64,000 nucleotides of DNA from Malacoraja senta (lineage: Eukaryota). The stretch is taken from NCBI GenBank assembly GCA_038087875.1, contig CM075999.1, forward strand, positions 1,862,001-1,926,000, read 5' to 3'. Both the position numbers and the translations under genes were made by a program. Positions 38,135 to 50,393 of the stretch are shown one piece after another. Numbering within the stretch: the stretch's first letter is position 1; each line of letters starts with the position of its first letter. Below the pieces are notes generated by a model. The model made no database searches, had not been told where the DNA came from, and saw nothing but the letters and a program-made list of their open reading frames with translations.

Positions 38135-38585
38135 TGGATAGACTGGATAGACTTGGCTTATACTCGCTAGAATTTAGGAGATTGAGAGGGGATCTTATAG
38201 AAACGTACAACATTCTTATGGGGTTGGACAGGCTAGATGCAGGAAGATTGTTCCCGATGTTGGGGAAGTCCAGGACAAGGGGTCACAGCTTAAGGATAAG
38301 GGGGAAATCCTTTAAGACCGAGATGAGGAAAAACTTTTTCACACAGAGAGTGGTGAATCTCTGGAACTCTCTGCCACAGAGGGTAGTTGAGGCCAGTTCA
38401 TTGGCTATATTTAAGAGGGAGTTAGATGTGGCCCTTGGGGCTAAGGGGATCAGGGGGTATGGAGAGAAGGCAGGTACAGGATACTGAGTTGGATGATCAG
38501 CCATGATCATATTGAATGGCGGTGCAGGCTCGAAGGGCTGAATGGCCTACTCCTGCACCTATTTTCTATGTATCTATGTATCTAA
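38135..38585 (+). mobile_element. CR1 LINE 3' fragment
   Basis: ORF 38134-38487 LGLYSLEFRRLRGDLIETY..FFTQRVVNLWNSLP. Confidence 0.92.
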
Positions 38586-38873
38586 TAGACTAAACTGTAA
38601 CTGCACCGATCACCCGTTCACACTAGTTCTACGTTATCACATGGCCTCACAGCGCCAGAGACCCGGGTTCGATCCTGACCTTGGGTGCTCGGGTGTGAAG
38701 TTTGCACGTTCTCCCCGTGACCAGGTGGGTTTCCTCTGGGAGCTCCGGTTTCCTCCCACATCCCAAAGACGTGCAGGTTAAATGGCCCTCTGTCAATTGC
38801 CCCTAGTGAACGGGTGATCGATGGACAGCGTGGAGTTGGTGGGCCGAAGGGCCTGTTTCCACACTATATCTTT

Positions 38874-39801
38874 CATAGAAACATAGAAAAATAGGTGCAG
38901 GAGTAGGCCATTCAGCCCTTCGAGCCAGCACCGCCATTCAATATGATCATGGCTGATCATCTAAAATCAGTACCCTGTTCCTGCTTTTTCCCCATAACCC
39001 TAGATTCCGTTAGCCCTAAGAGCTAAATCTAACTTTCTCTTGAAAACATCCAGTGAATTGGCCTCCACTGCCTTCTGTGGCAGGGAATTCCACAGATTCA
39101 CAACTCTCTGGGTGAAGAGGTTTTTCCTCCTCTCAGTCCTAAATGGCCGACCCCTTATTCTTAAACTGTGACCCCTGGTTCTGGACTCCCCCAACAATGG
39201 GAACATTTTTCCTGCATCTTGCCTGCCAGTTCTTTAAGAATGTTATATGTTTCTATAAGATCCCCTCTCATCCTTCTAAATTCTAGTGAATACAAGCCCA
39301 GTCGACTCATTCTTTCATCATATGTCAGTCCCGCCATCCTGAGAATTGACCTGGTGAACCTACGCTGCACTCCCTCAATAGCAATAATGTCCTTCCTCAA
39401 ATTAGGAGTCCAAAATTGCACACAATACTCCAGGTGCGGTCTCGGCAGGGCCCTGTACAACTGCAGTAGGACCTCCATGCTCCTAAACTCAAATCCTCTC
39501 GCAATGAAGGCCAACATGCCATTAGCTTTCTTCACTGCCTGCTGTACCTGCATGCTTACTTTCAGTGACTGATGTACAAGCACACCCAGGTCTCGTTGCA
39601 CCTCCCCTTCTAATCTGACACCATTCAGATAATAATCTGCCTTTCTGTTCTTGCCACCAAAGTTGATAACCTCACATTTATCCACGTTATATTGCTTCTG
39701 CCCACTCACCCAACCTATCCAAGTCACCCTGCAGCCTCATAGCATCCTCATTGCAGCTCACACTGCCACCCAGCTTTGTGTCATCCACACACTTGGAGAT
39801 G
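38874..39801 (-). mobile_element. CR1 LINE 3' fragment (~930 bp)
   Basis: ORF 39161-39727 [31 protein letters not shown]. Confidence 0.93.
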
Positions 39802-40757
39802 AATTAAATCAATCAGTTGCCTTGTAGTACACCGATTTTTTAAATAAAGTAGTAGACACTGATCTTCCTTTATCAGTGTTGAGACAGCTGAATAATTCTG
39901 GTGTCTGGTCATATTATGACCATAAGACATTGGCGACATGGGGCAGCACGGTGAAACAGCGGAAGAGCTGCTGCCTTACAGCGCCAGAGACCCGAGTTCG
40001 ATCCTGACTATGGGTGCTGTCTGTGCGGAGTTTGTACGCTATCCCTGCGACCGCGTGGGTTTTCCCCAGGTGCTCCGGTTTCCTCCCACATTCCAAAGAT
40101 GTACAGGCTTGTAGGTTAATCGACCGCGGTAAAAATTGTAAATTGTACCTAGTGAGTAGGATAGTGCTAGTGGGGTGGGGTGATCGCTGGTCGGCGCGGA
40201 TTCTGTGGGATGAAGGGGCTGATTCCGTGCTGTATCTTTAAACTAAACTAATATGGTCTGTGTCCTTCATGCTAGAGTCAATAATACCTTTTAGAAGAGG
40301 AGTTCAACGTGCTAAGCTTGGTTGATTCAGGTACTTACAGAATACGTCAATAAAGTGCCATTGGGATTTTCGCCCTTACATTAAGGAGAAAGCATTGGAA
40401 GCAGTTCATATGAATCCACCTTGAACTAACAAGTTTTATAACCCGTGCTATATTAACTCCACACTCAACATTCCCTGGACAGAAGACCTTGGATTAAATG
40501 TACACCAATTCACATATTCTTCATTTTGCATCGTTAAAGCCTTTCATTGACAAAAATTATGAGAGCAATATGTGAACTTTATGCAGTTTTATAAATCAGT
40601 AAAGCACCATTACAGTCTTGAAGGATTTTGAAATATCATAGCTATTTGTATAAACTGGGAAAAAAGGAACATTAACAGGCATAAATTGGTCCTTAATTGT
40701 CAATCAAACTTATGCAGAGTGCAAGTTCAATGCCTGGAGTTTAGTTTAGTTTAGAGC

Positions 40758-42004
40758 CGTGCTGTACTCACTCTATACTCATGACCGTGTAGCCGGACAT
40801 AGTGCGAACTCCATCATCAAGTTCGCCGACGACACCACTGTTGTTGTACAAATCACTGATGGCGATGAGTCAGAGTATAGAAGTGAGATCGGCCGATTGA
40901 CCAAATGGTGCCAGCACAACAACCTGGCTCTCAACACCAGAAAAACCAAGGAACTGATTGTGGACTTTGGAAGGGGTAGGATAGGGGCCCACAATCCTGT
41001 TTATGGTGGAAAGGGTCAAAAACTTCAATTCCTGGGCGTGCATATTTCCGAAGATCTTTCCTGGACCCAGCACACCGATGCAATTATAAAGAAGGCCCAT
41101 CAGCGCCTCTACTTCCTGAGAAGATTGCGGAGAGTCGGTTTGTCAAAGAGGATTCTCTTGAACTTCTACAGGTGCACAGTAGAGAGCATGCTGACTGGCT
41201 GCATCATGGCCTGGTTCGGCAACTTGAATGTCCAGGAGCAGAAAAGATTGCAAAAAGTTGCAAACTGCCCAGTCCATCATCGGCTTTGACCTCCCCACTG
41301 TCGAAGGGATCTATCAAAGTCGCTGCCTCAAAAAGGCAGCCAAAATCATCAAAGACCCACACCATCCTGGCCACACACTCATCTCACCATGGGCCCCTGG
41401 TTCTGGGGGAGCCCAGAACCAGGGGCCATAGTTTAAAAATAAGGGGTAAGCCATTTAGAACGGAGATGAGAAAACACTTTTTCTCACAGAGAGTTGTGAG
41501 TGTGGAATTCTCTGCCTCAGAGGGCGGTGGAGGCCGGTTCTCTGCATACTTTCCAAGAGAGAGCTAGATAGGGCTCTTAAAGATAGCGGAGTCAGGGGAT
41601 ATGGGGAGAAGGCAGGAACGGGTTACTGATTGGGGATGATCAGCCATGATCACATTGAATGGCGGTGCTGGCTCGAAGGGCCGAATGGCCTACTCCTGCA
41701 CCTATTGTCTATTGTCTATTGCCATCAGGTAGAAGGTACAGGAGCCCGAGAACTGTAACATCCAGATTCAGGAACAGCTTCTTCCCTCCAGCCATCAGGC
41801 TATAAAACACGACAACCTCATAAGCTCTGAACTACAATAGGCTATTATTATTATTATTATTATTGCACTGTTATTGTTTGTTCTTTTTTTTCTGTGTTTT
41901 TGTTATATTATTTATTATGTATATATACTCTGTTGTGCTGCAGCAAGTAAGAATGTCATTGTTCTATCTGGGACACATGACAATAAAACTCTCTTGACTC
42001 TTGA
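40758..42004 (+). mobile_element. Rex1/Babar-type LINE fragment split by a CR1 insertion (about 41391-41721)
   Basis: LYSLYTHD..IIKFADDTTVV..TKELIVDF; the sequence resumes at CCATCAGGTAGAAGGTACAGGAGC; (ACTCTTG)n tail. Confidence 0.88.
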
Positions 42005-42565
42005 CCAGTTTTAGCTTAGTTTAGTTTAGAGATACCGCGTGGAAACAGGCCCTTCAGCCCATCGAGTCCACGCTGACCAGTGATCATCCGTACACTAGTT
42101 CTATCCCTACACACCAGGGTCAATTTCCAGAAGCCGTTTAATCTACAAACCTGCACGTTTTGGGGGGATGTGGGAGGAAACCGGAGCGCCCCAGAGGAAA
42201 CACACGCGGTCACAGGGAGAACGCGCAAACTCCACACAGGCAGCACCCGAGGTCAGGATGGAACCCGGGTCTCTGGCGCTGTCTCACGGCTCCACCTGAT
42301 GGTCAAATTGGGGAACACAGGACTGGTTGATTTGGAATGTTAGATGAGGAGAGTGGGGGGGGGGGGGAGAGTAATGCAAAGACAGATAGAGGAAGGGATA
42401 TAGGTGGGTGGAGATAGAGGGAGGGGAGAGATAGGCAGGTCATGGGGAAAATGGGGGTGTTGGGGGGGGGGGGGGTGCATGGAGAAGGAGTGAAGTATAG
42501 AATTCAATGCCCATACATCCATTCAGAGTCCAAAAGAAATAGGTGACTCAGACTCTTCGTCTGAA

Positions 42566-43290
42566 GTTAGACAAAAGTGCTAGAGAAACTCAGCGGGTGC
42601 GGCAGCATCTATGGAGCGAAGGAAATAGGCAACGTTTCGGGCCAAAACCCTTCTTCAGACTGAAAACGCCTAGGGTGGGAGGGGGGGGGGGGGAAGAAGA
42701 AAGGAGAAAGGAAGAGGAGGAGCCCGAGGGCTGAGGGAGAGCTGAGAAGGGGAGGAGACAGGAAGGGCTACCGGAAAATTGGAGAAGTCAATGTTTATGC
42801 CGCTAGGGTGTAGACTGCCCAAGCAGAATATGAGGTGCTGCTCCTCCAATTTCCGGTGGTGCTCACTCTGGCCATGGAGGAGGCCCAGGACAGAGAGGTC
42901 GGATTCGGAATGGGAGGGGGAGTTGAAGTGCTGAGCCACAGGGAGATCAGGTTGGTTAATGTGAACCGAGCGGAGATGTTCGGCGAAACGATCGCCAAGC
43001 CTACGCTTGGTCTCACCGATGTAGATAAGTCTGAAGAAGGGTTCCGACCCGAAACGTCACCTATTTCTTTTCTCCAGAGATGCTGTGACTTCTGGCAACG
43101 GAGGAGGCCCAGGACAGAAAGGATTGTGTGGGAATGGGAAGGAGAATTCAGATGGTTAGTAACCGGGAGATCCAGTGGGCCCTGGCGGTCTGCGAGCAAG
43201 CTTTCAGCGAAACGGTGGCCGAGTTAGATGAGGTTGGAGGAGGTGCAAGTGAACCTCTCTCTCTGGAAGGACTGCCGTGGTCCTTGGAAG
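42566..43290 (-). mobile_element. Penelope-like element 3' fragments (GIY-YIG C-terminus plus terminal repeat), two partial copies
   Basis: AQHFNSPSHSESDLSVLGL..RKLEEQHLIFCLGSLHPSGINID and LPVTNHLNSPSHS; directly joined to the hammerhead repeat at 42566-42662. Confidence 0.85.
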
Positions 43291-43564
43291 GAAGTGGGAG
43301 TCAAGAGTCAAGTGTGTTCTATACCAAAATATAACAATGAAATTCACAACACAACAGTTTGTAAAGACAGTACCCAATTTGTAATATAAGTAACAAATAA
43401 AAAAGTTCAATAAATAATAAACCCAATATAGTGCAAAATTAAAATAAAGCCGCAAGTCCCTAGAGCAACCGAGGTAGTTTGTAGTTCAGGGTTTAGTGGG
43501 AGTTTGTAGTGTTCACTAGCCTTATGGTTGTTGGGAACCTGAACCTGGTTGGGCATTACAGTTT

Positions 43565-43891
43565 GTTTAAGAAGGAACTGCAGATGCTGGAAAATCGAAG
43601 GTAGACAAAAGTGCTGGAGAAACTCAGCGGGTGCAGCAGCATCTATGGAGCGAAGGAAATAGGCAACGTTTCGGGACGAAACCCTTAAGGGTTTCGGCCC
43701 GAAACGTTGCCTATTTCCTTAAGGATTTCGGGAGCGAAGGAAATAGGCAACGTTTCGGGACGAAACCCTTAAGGGTTTCGGCCCGAAACTTTGCCTATTT
43801 CCTTAAGGGTTTCGGGACGAAACGTTGCCTATTTCCTTCGCTCCATAGATGCTGCTGCACCCGCTGAGTTTCTCCAGCACTTTTGTCTACC
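43565..43891. mobile_element. Palindromic Penelope repeat with multiply reiterated centre
   Basis: Inverted arms with repeated GAAACCCTTAAGGGTTTC blocks. Confidence 0.85.
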
Positions 43892-44881
43892 TAAACTAAA
43901 CTAAACTGAACCGCTGAGTTTCTCCAGCACTTTTGTCTACCTAAACTAAACTGAATAGTTTGGAGTAACTCAGTGGGTCAGGCAGCATCTCTGGGGAAAA
44001 AGGAATAAAGACGAGAAAAAAGAACCTTCTTCAGACTAGGTAGACAAAAAAAAGCTGGAGAAACTCAGCGGGTGAGGCAGCATCTATGGAGCGAAGGAAA
44101 TAGGCAACGTTTCGGGCCGAAGCCTATTTTGTTGAACAGTCTAGTTTCAGAATAATTTTGTTCCCCGGGGATATCATTTATATTCTGAACCCCACAGAGG
44201 CTGAATGTTACTTTAACATGGGCCACTTTCCAGACTATGATTTAGATAATAATGGAAGTACATGAGAAAATGGACGAATATTTAGCGCAAATGGAAGCAG
44301 CGCTTTAGGCCAGTGTAATCTTTGGGGTTTTTTGTACATTTTTAATGTTTTTTTACATTTTATTTGGTACAATCTGTATATTTGTATTCCATGCAAAGAT
44401 TACAGTGTAAAGACTACACTCCATCCTCTGTATCGCAGCTCCCCCAAGTGGTTCAACTGACAAAGTACAGGTCTGAAGAAGGGTCTCGACCCGAAACATC
44501 ACCCATTCCTTCTCTCCAGAGATGCTGCCTGTCCCGCTGAGTTACTCCAGCTTTTTGTTTCTCTATCTACAGGTTGGATACCGTTTTACGTTCCAGACGT
44601 GTTCGACTCGGACGACGGGAGTCGCTGGGATCTGGGGAAACAAAACAATCTGCTGGTGTGATCTCTGGAGGGTCGACCAGCATCAGTGGGGGTTGAGCAG
44701 TCCAAAGATTCACTCTGACTGCAGTGAAATTCAGAGTGGTAACAAAGTAGGAGCGACACTTTGTTAGTGCGGCGGTAGAGACGAGGGTTCGATCCTGACC
44801 ACGGGCGCTGTCAGTGTGGAGTTTGCACGTTCCCCCACTATGACCCTGTGGGTTTCCTCCGGGTGCTCCGGTTTCCTCCCC

Positions 44882-44918
<37 letters not shown>

Positions 44919-45976
44919 CCTTTATTGTCATCTTGCAAGCAACAGTTGTACAGTGCAAAATGAAAAGACGTTTCCCAGGGAATACATGCATCGCACATGA
45001 AATTTAAAACATTTCACACATAATAACACCAAAAACAATCCAGTCCCTGATGGAACAGTATAAATAGTTAAAAGTAGGTAAAAACGACGTTAAAATACAG
45101 TAAAACCAATCATAAACATGTCCGGGGCGGCTGATTTGAGTGGCCAGTGCCAGTTATTGAAGTGGCCAGAGCCAGTTATCAAAGTGTCCGTGCCAAGCCG
45201 CAGAATAAGGTGACTGTGATCCCAAAGACGTGCGGGTTTGTAGGTTAATTGGCCCTTTGTAAATTGCCCCCTAGTGTGTGGCGAGTTGATTAGAAAGTGG
45301 GGTAACATAGAAAATAGGTGCAGGGGGAGGCCATTCGGCCCTTCGAGCCAGCACCGCCATTCATTGTGATCATGGCTGATTGTCCCCTAGCAATAACCCA
45401 TAGAAACATGTGTGAAGGGGTGATGGAGGGTCGGCGCGGACTCAGTGGGCCGAAGGGCCTGTTTACATGCTGTGGCTCTGAACTAGACCGAACTGCTGGC
45501 ACAAACTGACAGCTCAGGATAACAGATGATTAACTGGCAGGGAATGTTGTGCCTACTTTAGCGAAATGGTGTTGAGACTGAACCAGTGAAAGGGCTGGGG
45601 TTTTCGATGTCAGGGGGAGGTCGCTGTTTTGACTGCTTGTCACATTGTGAAGAGTAAAATGGATCCTTGGTGCTGGGCTCCGAATGCTTTGAATTGAGCT
45701 TCACAGTGTGGCATTAGCACTCAGTACCATGTGTTCATGCAGAAATAGAGTCATAGAGTGATACAGCGTGGAAACAGGCCCTTCGGCCCAACTTGCCCAC
45801 ACCATCCAACATGTCCCAGCTACACTAGTCCCACCTGCCCGAGTTTGGTCCATATCCCTCCAAAGCTGTCCTATCCATGTGCCTATTTAACGGTTTCTTA
45901 AACGTTGGGATAGTTCCAGCCTCAACTGTCTCATATGGCAGCTCATTCCATACACCCACCACCCATTGTGTGAAAG

Positions 45977-46458
45977 TCGAATCAGTAGTAAAGAAAGCAA
46001 ACGCAATGCTAGCATTTATTTCAAGAGGGCTTATATACAAAAACAGGGATGTAATGCTGAGGCTCTATAAGGAGCTGGCCAGACCGCATTTGGAATATTG
46101 TGAGCAATTTTGGGCACCATATCTGAGGAAAGATGTGCTGGCTCTGGAGAGGGTCCAGAGGTTTACAAGAATGATCCCAGGAATGAGTAGGTGAACATAT
46201 GACAAGCTTTTGTCGGCACTGGGCCTGTACTCGCTGGAGTTGAGAAGAATGAGGAGGGACCTCATTGAAACGTACCAAATAATGAAAGGCTTGGATGGGG
46301 TGGATGTGGGGAGGATGTTTCCACGTGGGAGAGTCTAAGACTAGAGGTCATAGCCTCAGAATTAAAGGACGTTCTTTTAGGAAGGAGATGAGGAGGAATT
46401 TCTTTAACCAGAGGGTGGTGAATCTGTGGAATTCTTTGCCACAGACGGCTGTGGAGGT
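45977..46458 (+). mobile_element. CR1 fragment (older subfamily; also at 28360-28586 and 48518-49030)
   Basis: VVKKANAMLAFISRG..RPHLEYCEQFWAPYLRKDVLALERVQR. Confidence 0.88.
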
Positions 46459-46474
46459 CGACCCAACAACATAA

Positions 46475-46690
46475 AGGGCCTGTCCCACTTTCTTGACCTA
46501 ATTCACGACCTCTGCCGAGTTTGCCCTTGACTCATACTCGCAGCATGGTCGTCACAAGGTCGTAGCAGGCCGTGATGCTAGTCGTAGGTACTCGTGGCAT
46601 CAATTAGGTCGGGGCGTTTTTCTAGCCTGATGAAAAATGGCCACGAGTAAAAAAGGTCGTGAATTAGGTCGTGAAAGTTGGACAGGCCCT
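46475..46690. mobile_element. PIF/Harbinger-type MITE, 216 bp, TAA TSD
   Basis: AGGGCCTGTCCCACTTTC...GAAAGTTGGACAGGCCCT; TAA at 46472-46474 and 46691-46693. Confidence 0.88.
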
Positions 46691-47644
46691 TAACCAAAAT
46701 GTTCTCCTGAGATGCTGCCTGACCCACTGAGCAGATTTGATGGGCCGAATGGCTTAATTCTACTCCTATCGCTTATGATCTTATGATGATTGAATGGCGG
46801 AGTAGACTTGATGGGCCGAGTGGCCACCCCCAAGCTTTAGATTGCAGCACTAGCTCTGAAAACTGTAGAGTTATACCTTCCTCTACACTCCACTATACCC
46901 CCTCAATTACATCAAGCACTTCCACAGCTTATAACGTGGTTTCTTTAACACCTGGTGCTTGCCTTCATCGCTTGTCCCTTTTATGAATTTGGCTCTTGAT
47001 GCCTTTTACATAAATCCAACTGAAAAGTGAAGAAGTAATTGGCTTAAGCACTTGAGAGCTGGTGAGCTGACAAGAAAAGACTATTAAAGAAGTCTAACCG
47101 CTGAGCTGCTGAAAGCAGATGACATTATATCTAAAGACTGGGTTTGATATGTAAAAGGGAAATTAATAGATCACAATTGGCCTTACCCACACAAACATTA
47201 AAAACCTCCACTAGAATTTACTGCTCTTCAAAGATAAAAGCTCTCTTTAAAATTACACAATTCCTAAAATTTCCCTTTGATTTGATTACTGCCGGTGTCA
47301 GGGGTTATGGGGAGAAGGCAGGAGAATGGGGTTAGGAGGGAGAAATAGATCAGCCATGATTGAATGGCGGAGTAGACTTGATGGGCCGAATGGCCTAATT
47401 CTGTTCCTATCACGTACAGAGCAACTACCCACAGAGATAAGTATGTTTTCAGAAGGTGTTCAGTATAATTCTAAAGGATGCCAACCTGAAACATGTTGCC
47501 TATCCATGTTCTCCTGAGATGCTGCCTGACCCATTGAGCTACGCCAACTCTGTGTCTTCCTAGCTCTTCAGTAAAATGGTTGTAGACTCATGGAGTGTAG
47601 TTGAGTGCTGCATCTGCTGGCAAGAAAAAAAACTAGTGTTGTTC

Positions 47645-47922
47645 CAACATCAAGACCCGGAGCAGGGCCTTACATCGCCGGCACGGCCTTAACGGTCGCG
47701 GGACTTACCATCGCCCGCCGGGGGCTTTAACATCGGGAGAGGATGGAGAGCAGGGGAGAGACAAGACTTTGCCTTCCATCACAGTGAGGAGGAGATTCAC
47801 TGTGATGGATGTGTGTGTGAATTGAGTTGGTTGTGTGTCTTGTAAAATTGTTTCTTCTTGTTGTATGGCTACAGAAACCAAAGTTCCTAATGGGTAAATA
47901 AAGTTCATTGAATTGAATTGAA
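47645..47922 (+). mobile_element. 5'-truncated copy of the GC-rich SINE-like element
   Basis: Matches about 6526-6770; perfect hairpin at 47775-47809; (TTGAA)n tail. Confidence 0.8.
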
Positions 47923-49302
47923 TAAGCATGGTGGCGATCGATGCATTAACCAATCAGCCTTCCTAGTACTATCATTTCTCTGCAATGATTTACAAATTAT
48001 AAGTAAATAGAAAATTGGAAGTGGCTGGCAGTGATAAAAGGTAGGCAAACACAGGCTAAAAGTGTTTTAAGAGTCATGTCATGGAAACAAGCTGTGTCTC
48101 AGCCACTCTGCACCACCCATGGAGAACTAATCACACTAATCCCATATATTCTTTTCTCATCAACATATTCTCATCAACTGTCCCCCTCCTCCCCAAAGTT
48201 TCTGAAAGGTAGGTGGGCAAGTTCAAAGGAGTGGTTCAAAGAGATTGCAGCAGGAGGCAGCTTTAATATCTTAGCTCTAAAGGAATGGCATTTGAAACTA
48301 GAAATTTCAGACACATAAATAAGCAAGTGTGCTACCTATTGAGCCATAAACTGTGCCAATGACAGAATCCCAAAATGTTTCTTTTGTCTAGAAACTCATA
48401 AAACCTCACTAAAAGCAGCATCAATATCTGGCACTAATTGCCAAAATTCATTAATTTCCTCTCAATTTTGTTCAAGACTATAAACAAACCAATCCCATTT
48501 AAAAGGTCCTGAACTGAGCCCCATATCTGAGGAAGGATGTGCTGGCTCTGGAGAGTGTCCAGAGGTTTACAAGAATGATTCCAGGGATGAGTGGGTTCAC
48601 ATATGATGAACGCTGGACAGCACTGGGCCTGTACTCGCTGGAGTTTAGGTTAAGGGGGGACCTCATTGAAACTTACAGAATAATGAAAGGTTTGGATAGA
48701 GTGGATGTGGAGAGGATGTTTCCGCTGGAGGGAGTGTCTAGGACCAGAGGTCATAGCCTCAGAATTAAAGGGCGCTCTTTTAGAAAGGAGGCGAGGAGCA
48801 ACAACTTTAGTCAGAGGGTAGTTAATCTATGGGACTCATTGCTAAGAGGGCTGTGGAGGCCAAGTCAGTGGATATTTTTTAGGCAGAGAGACATATTCTT
48901 GATTTGAACGGGTGTCAAGGGTTATGGGGAGAAGGCAGAAAAATGGGATTAGGAGGCAGAGGTCAGCAATGATTGAAGGGCAGAGTAGACTCGATGGGCT
49001 GAATGGCCTAATTCTACTATAACTTGTGAACTGAAATGTCACCTATCCATGTCCTCCAGAGGTGTTGCCAGATCAAGATCCCACCATCTGCAATCCCTTG
49101 TGTCCCTCTTGATCCTAGTATGTGTTCAGCTGTACAACCTAGCACGAATTTGCAAAAAAGGTGATCTGTGCATATCTTTAGGAGGGGTTGACTGATAAGG
49201 AAGCAAATATTTTTAGTCAGGTCTTGGAAATTATGACAGAAGGGGGAAACAAAAAACAGTTTTCAAGGTAGCCAATATTAACTTCTCCCCTTCACATTAA
49301 TG

Positions 49303-49832
49303 CTCCCTGTTGGATTGCAACCTTGTCGTGGTCGGGGAGCTTCTGTGTCTCAGTGACCTCTAGAGCTATGCCTAGGAGACAAATCTAGCGGGAGATTTGT
49401 CTCCTGTTAGGGTCTCCCATGCTGGAGAGGTCGAAGGGTAGAGGTGAGACGAAGAGCGATCCACTGGTCCTCCAGGTTGGAGGTTGAGCACAGGGCTAAC
49501 AACCCTGTCTCGTAAAACAAATATGTTATGGAAACAGCAACTGAAGGAATCAACACTACTGGGCGTGATGGACTTCCAGGGATATCGACAGATGCTAGGA
49601 TGAATGTCAATGGTGAAAGCCGAAAGGGAAAGAACCAGAATAGTCCTGCACTGGACACCTGAAGGGAGAAGGAAAAGAGGGAGACCCAAAACCACCTGGC
49701 GTCGAACTGTAGAGGAGGAAATGAAAACAATAGACCTGACCTGGGGTAGTGTCCAGAAGCTAGTCCAGAACAGACAGGAGTGGAGGACCTTTGTTGCTGC
49801 CCTACATGCCAGGAGGCATACTAGGCAGTAAG
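49303..49832 (+). mobile_element. Internally deleted (bipartite) RTE element, 530 bp, 12-bp TSD
   Basis: TTCACATTAATG at 49291-49302 and 49833-49844; RTE-type 5' end CCTTGTCGTGG; C-terminal ORF remnant WTPEGRRKRGRPKTTWRRTVEEE..NRQEWRTFVAAL; TAAG tail. Confidence 0.9.
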
Positions 49833-50393
49833 TTCACATTAATGGCACACTCCCAGTCCTAGGCAACTTACAATGCAATAAATATTGGTGTATAGAAAGA
49901 AACTCTTCAGAAATGCATTTGAGGCACTGTGTTCAGTTTTGGGAACTATGCTAGAAGGAAGGATATAATTGTTGGATGTTGCCCAGACTTGAAAATCTAA
50001 GCTACAGGGAAAAATGGGCAGGCTAGAACTTATTCCTTGGAGAGCAGGTGGTCGAGGGGTGATCTTATAGCAGTGCATAATAGTAATGAGGGGCGAATGC
50101 AGTCTTTTACCCAAGGTAAGGAAATCAAGAAACAGAGAACGTTGGTAAGTGAGACAGGCAGGATTTAATAGGAACCCGCGCGGCAAAATTTTCACTCAGT
50201 GTGTGGTGGGTTTATGGAACGAGCTGCCAGAGTACGCCGTTGAGGCAGGAACTAACAAAACAGTGAACAGACACTTGGATAGCTACATGGATAAGAGAGA
50301 TTTAGAAGGATTTGGGCTAAACGACGACAAATGGGACTAGCTTAGATTGGGCATCTTGGTACACATGGATGAGTTGGACGCGTTTCAATGCTA

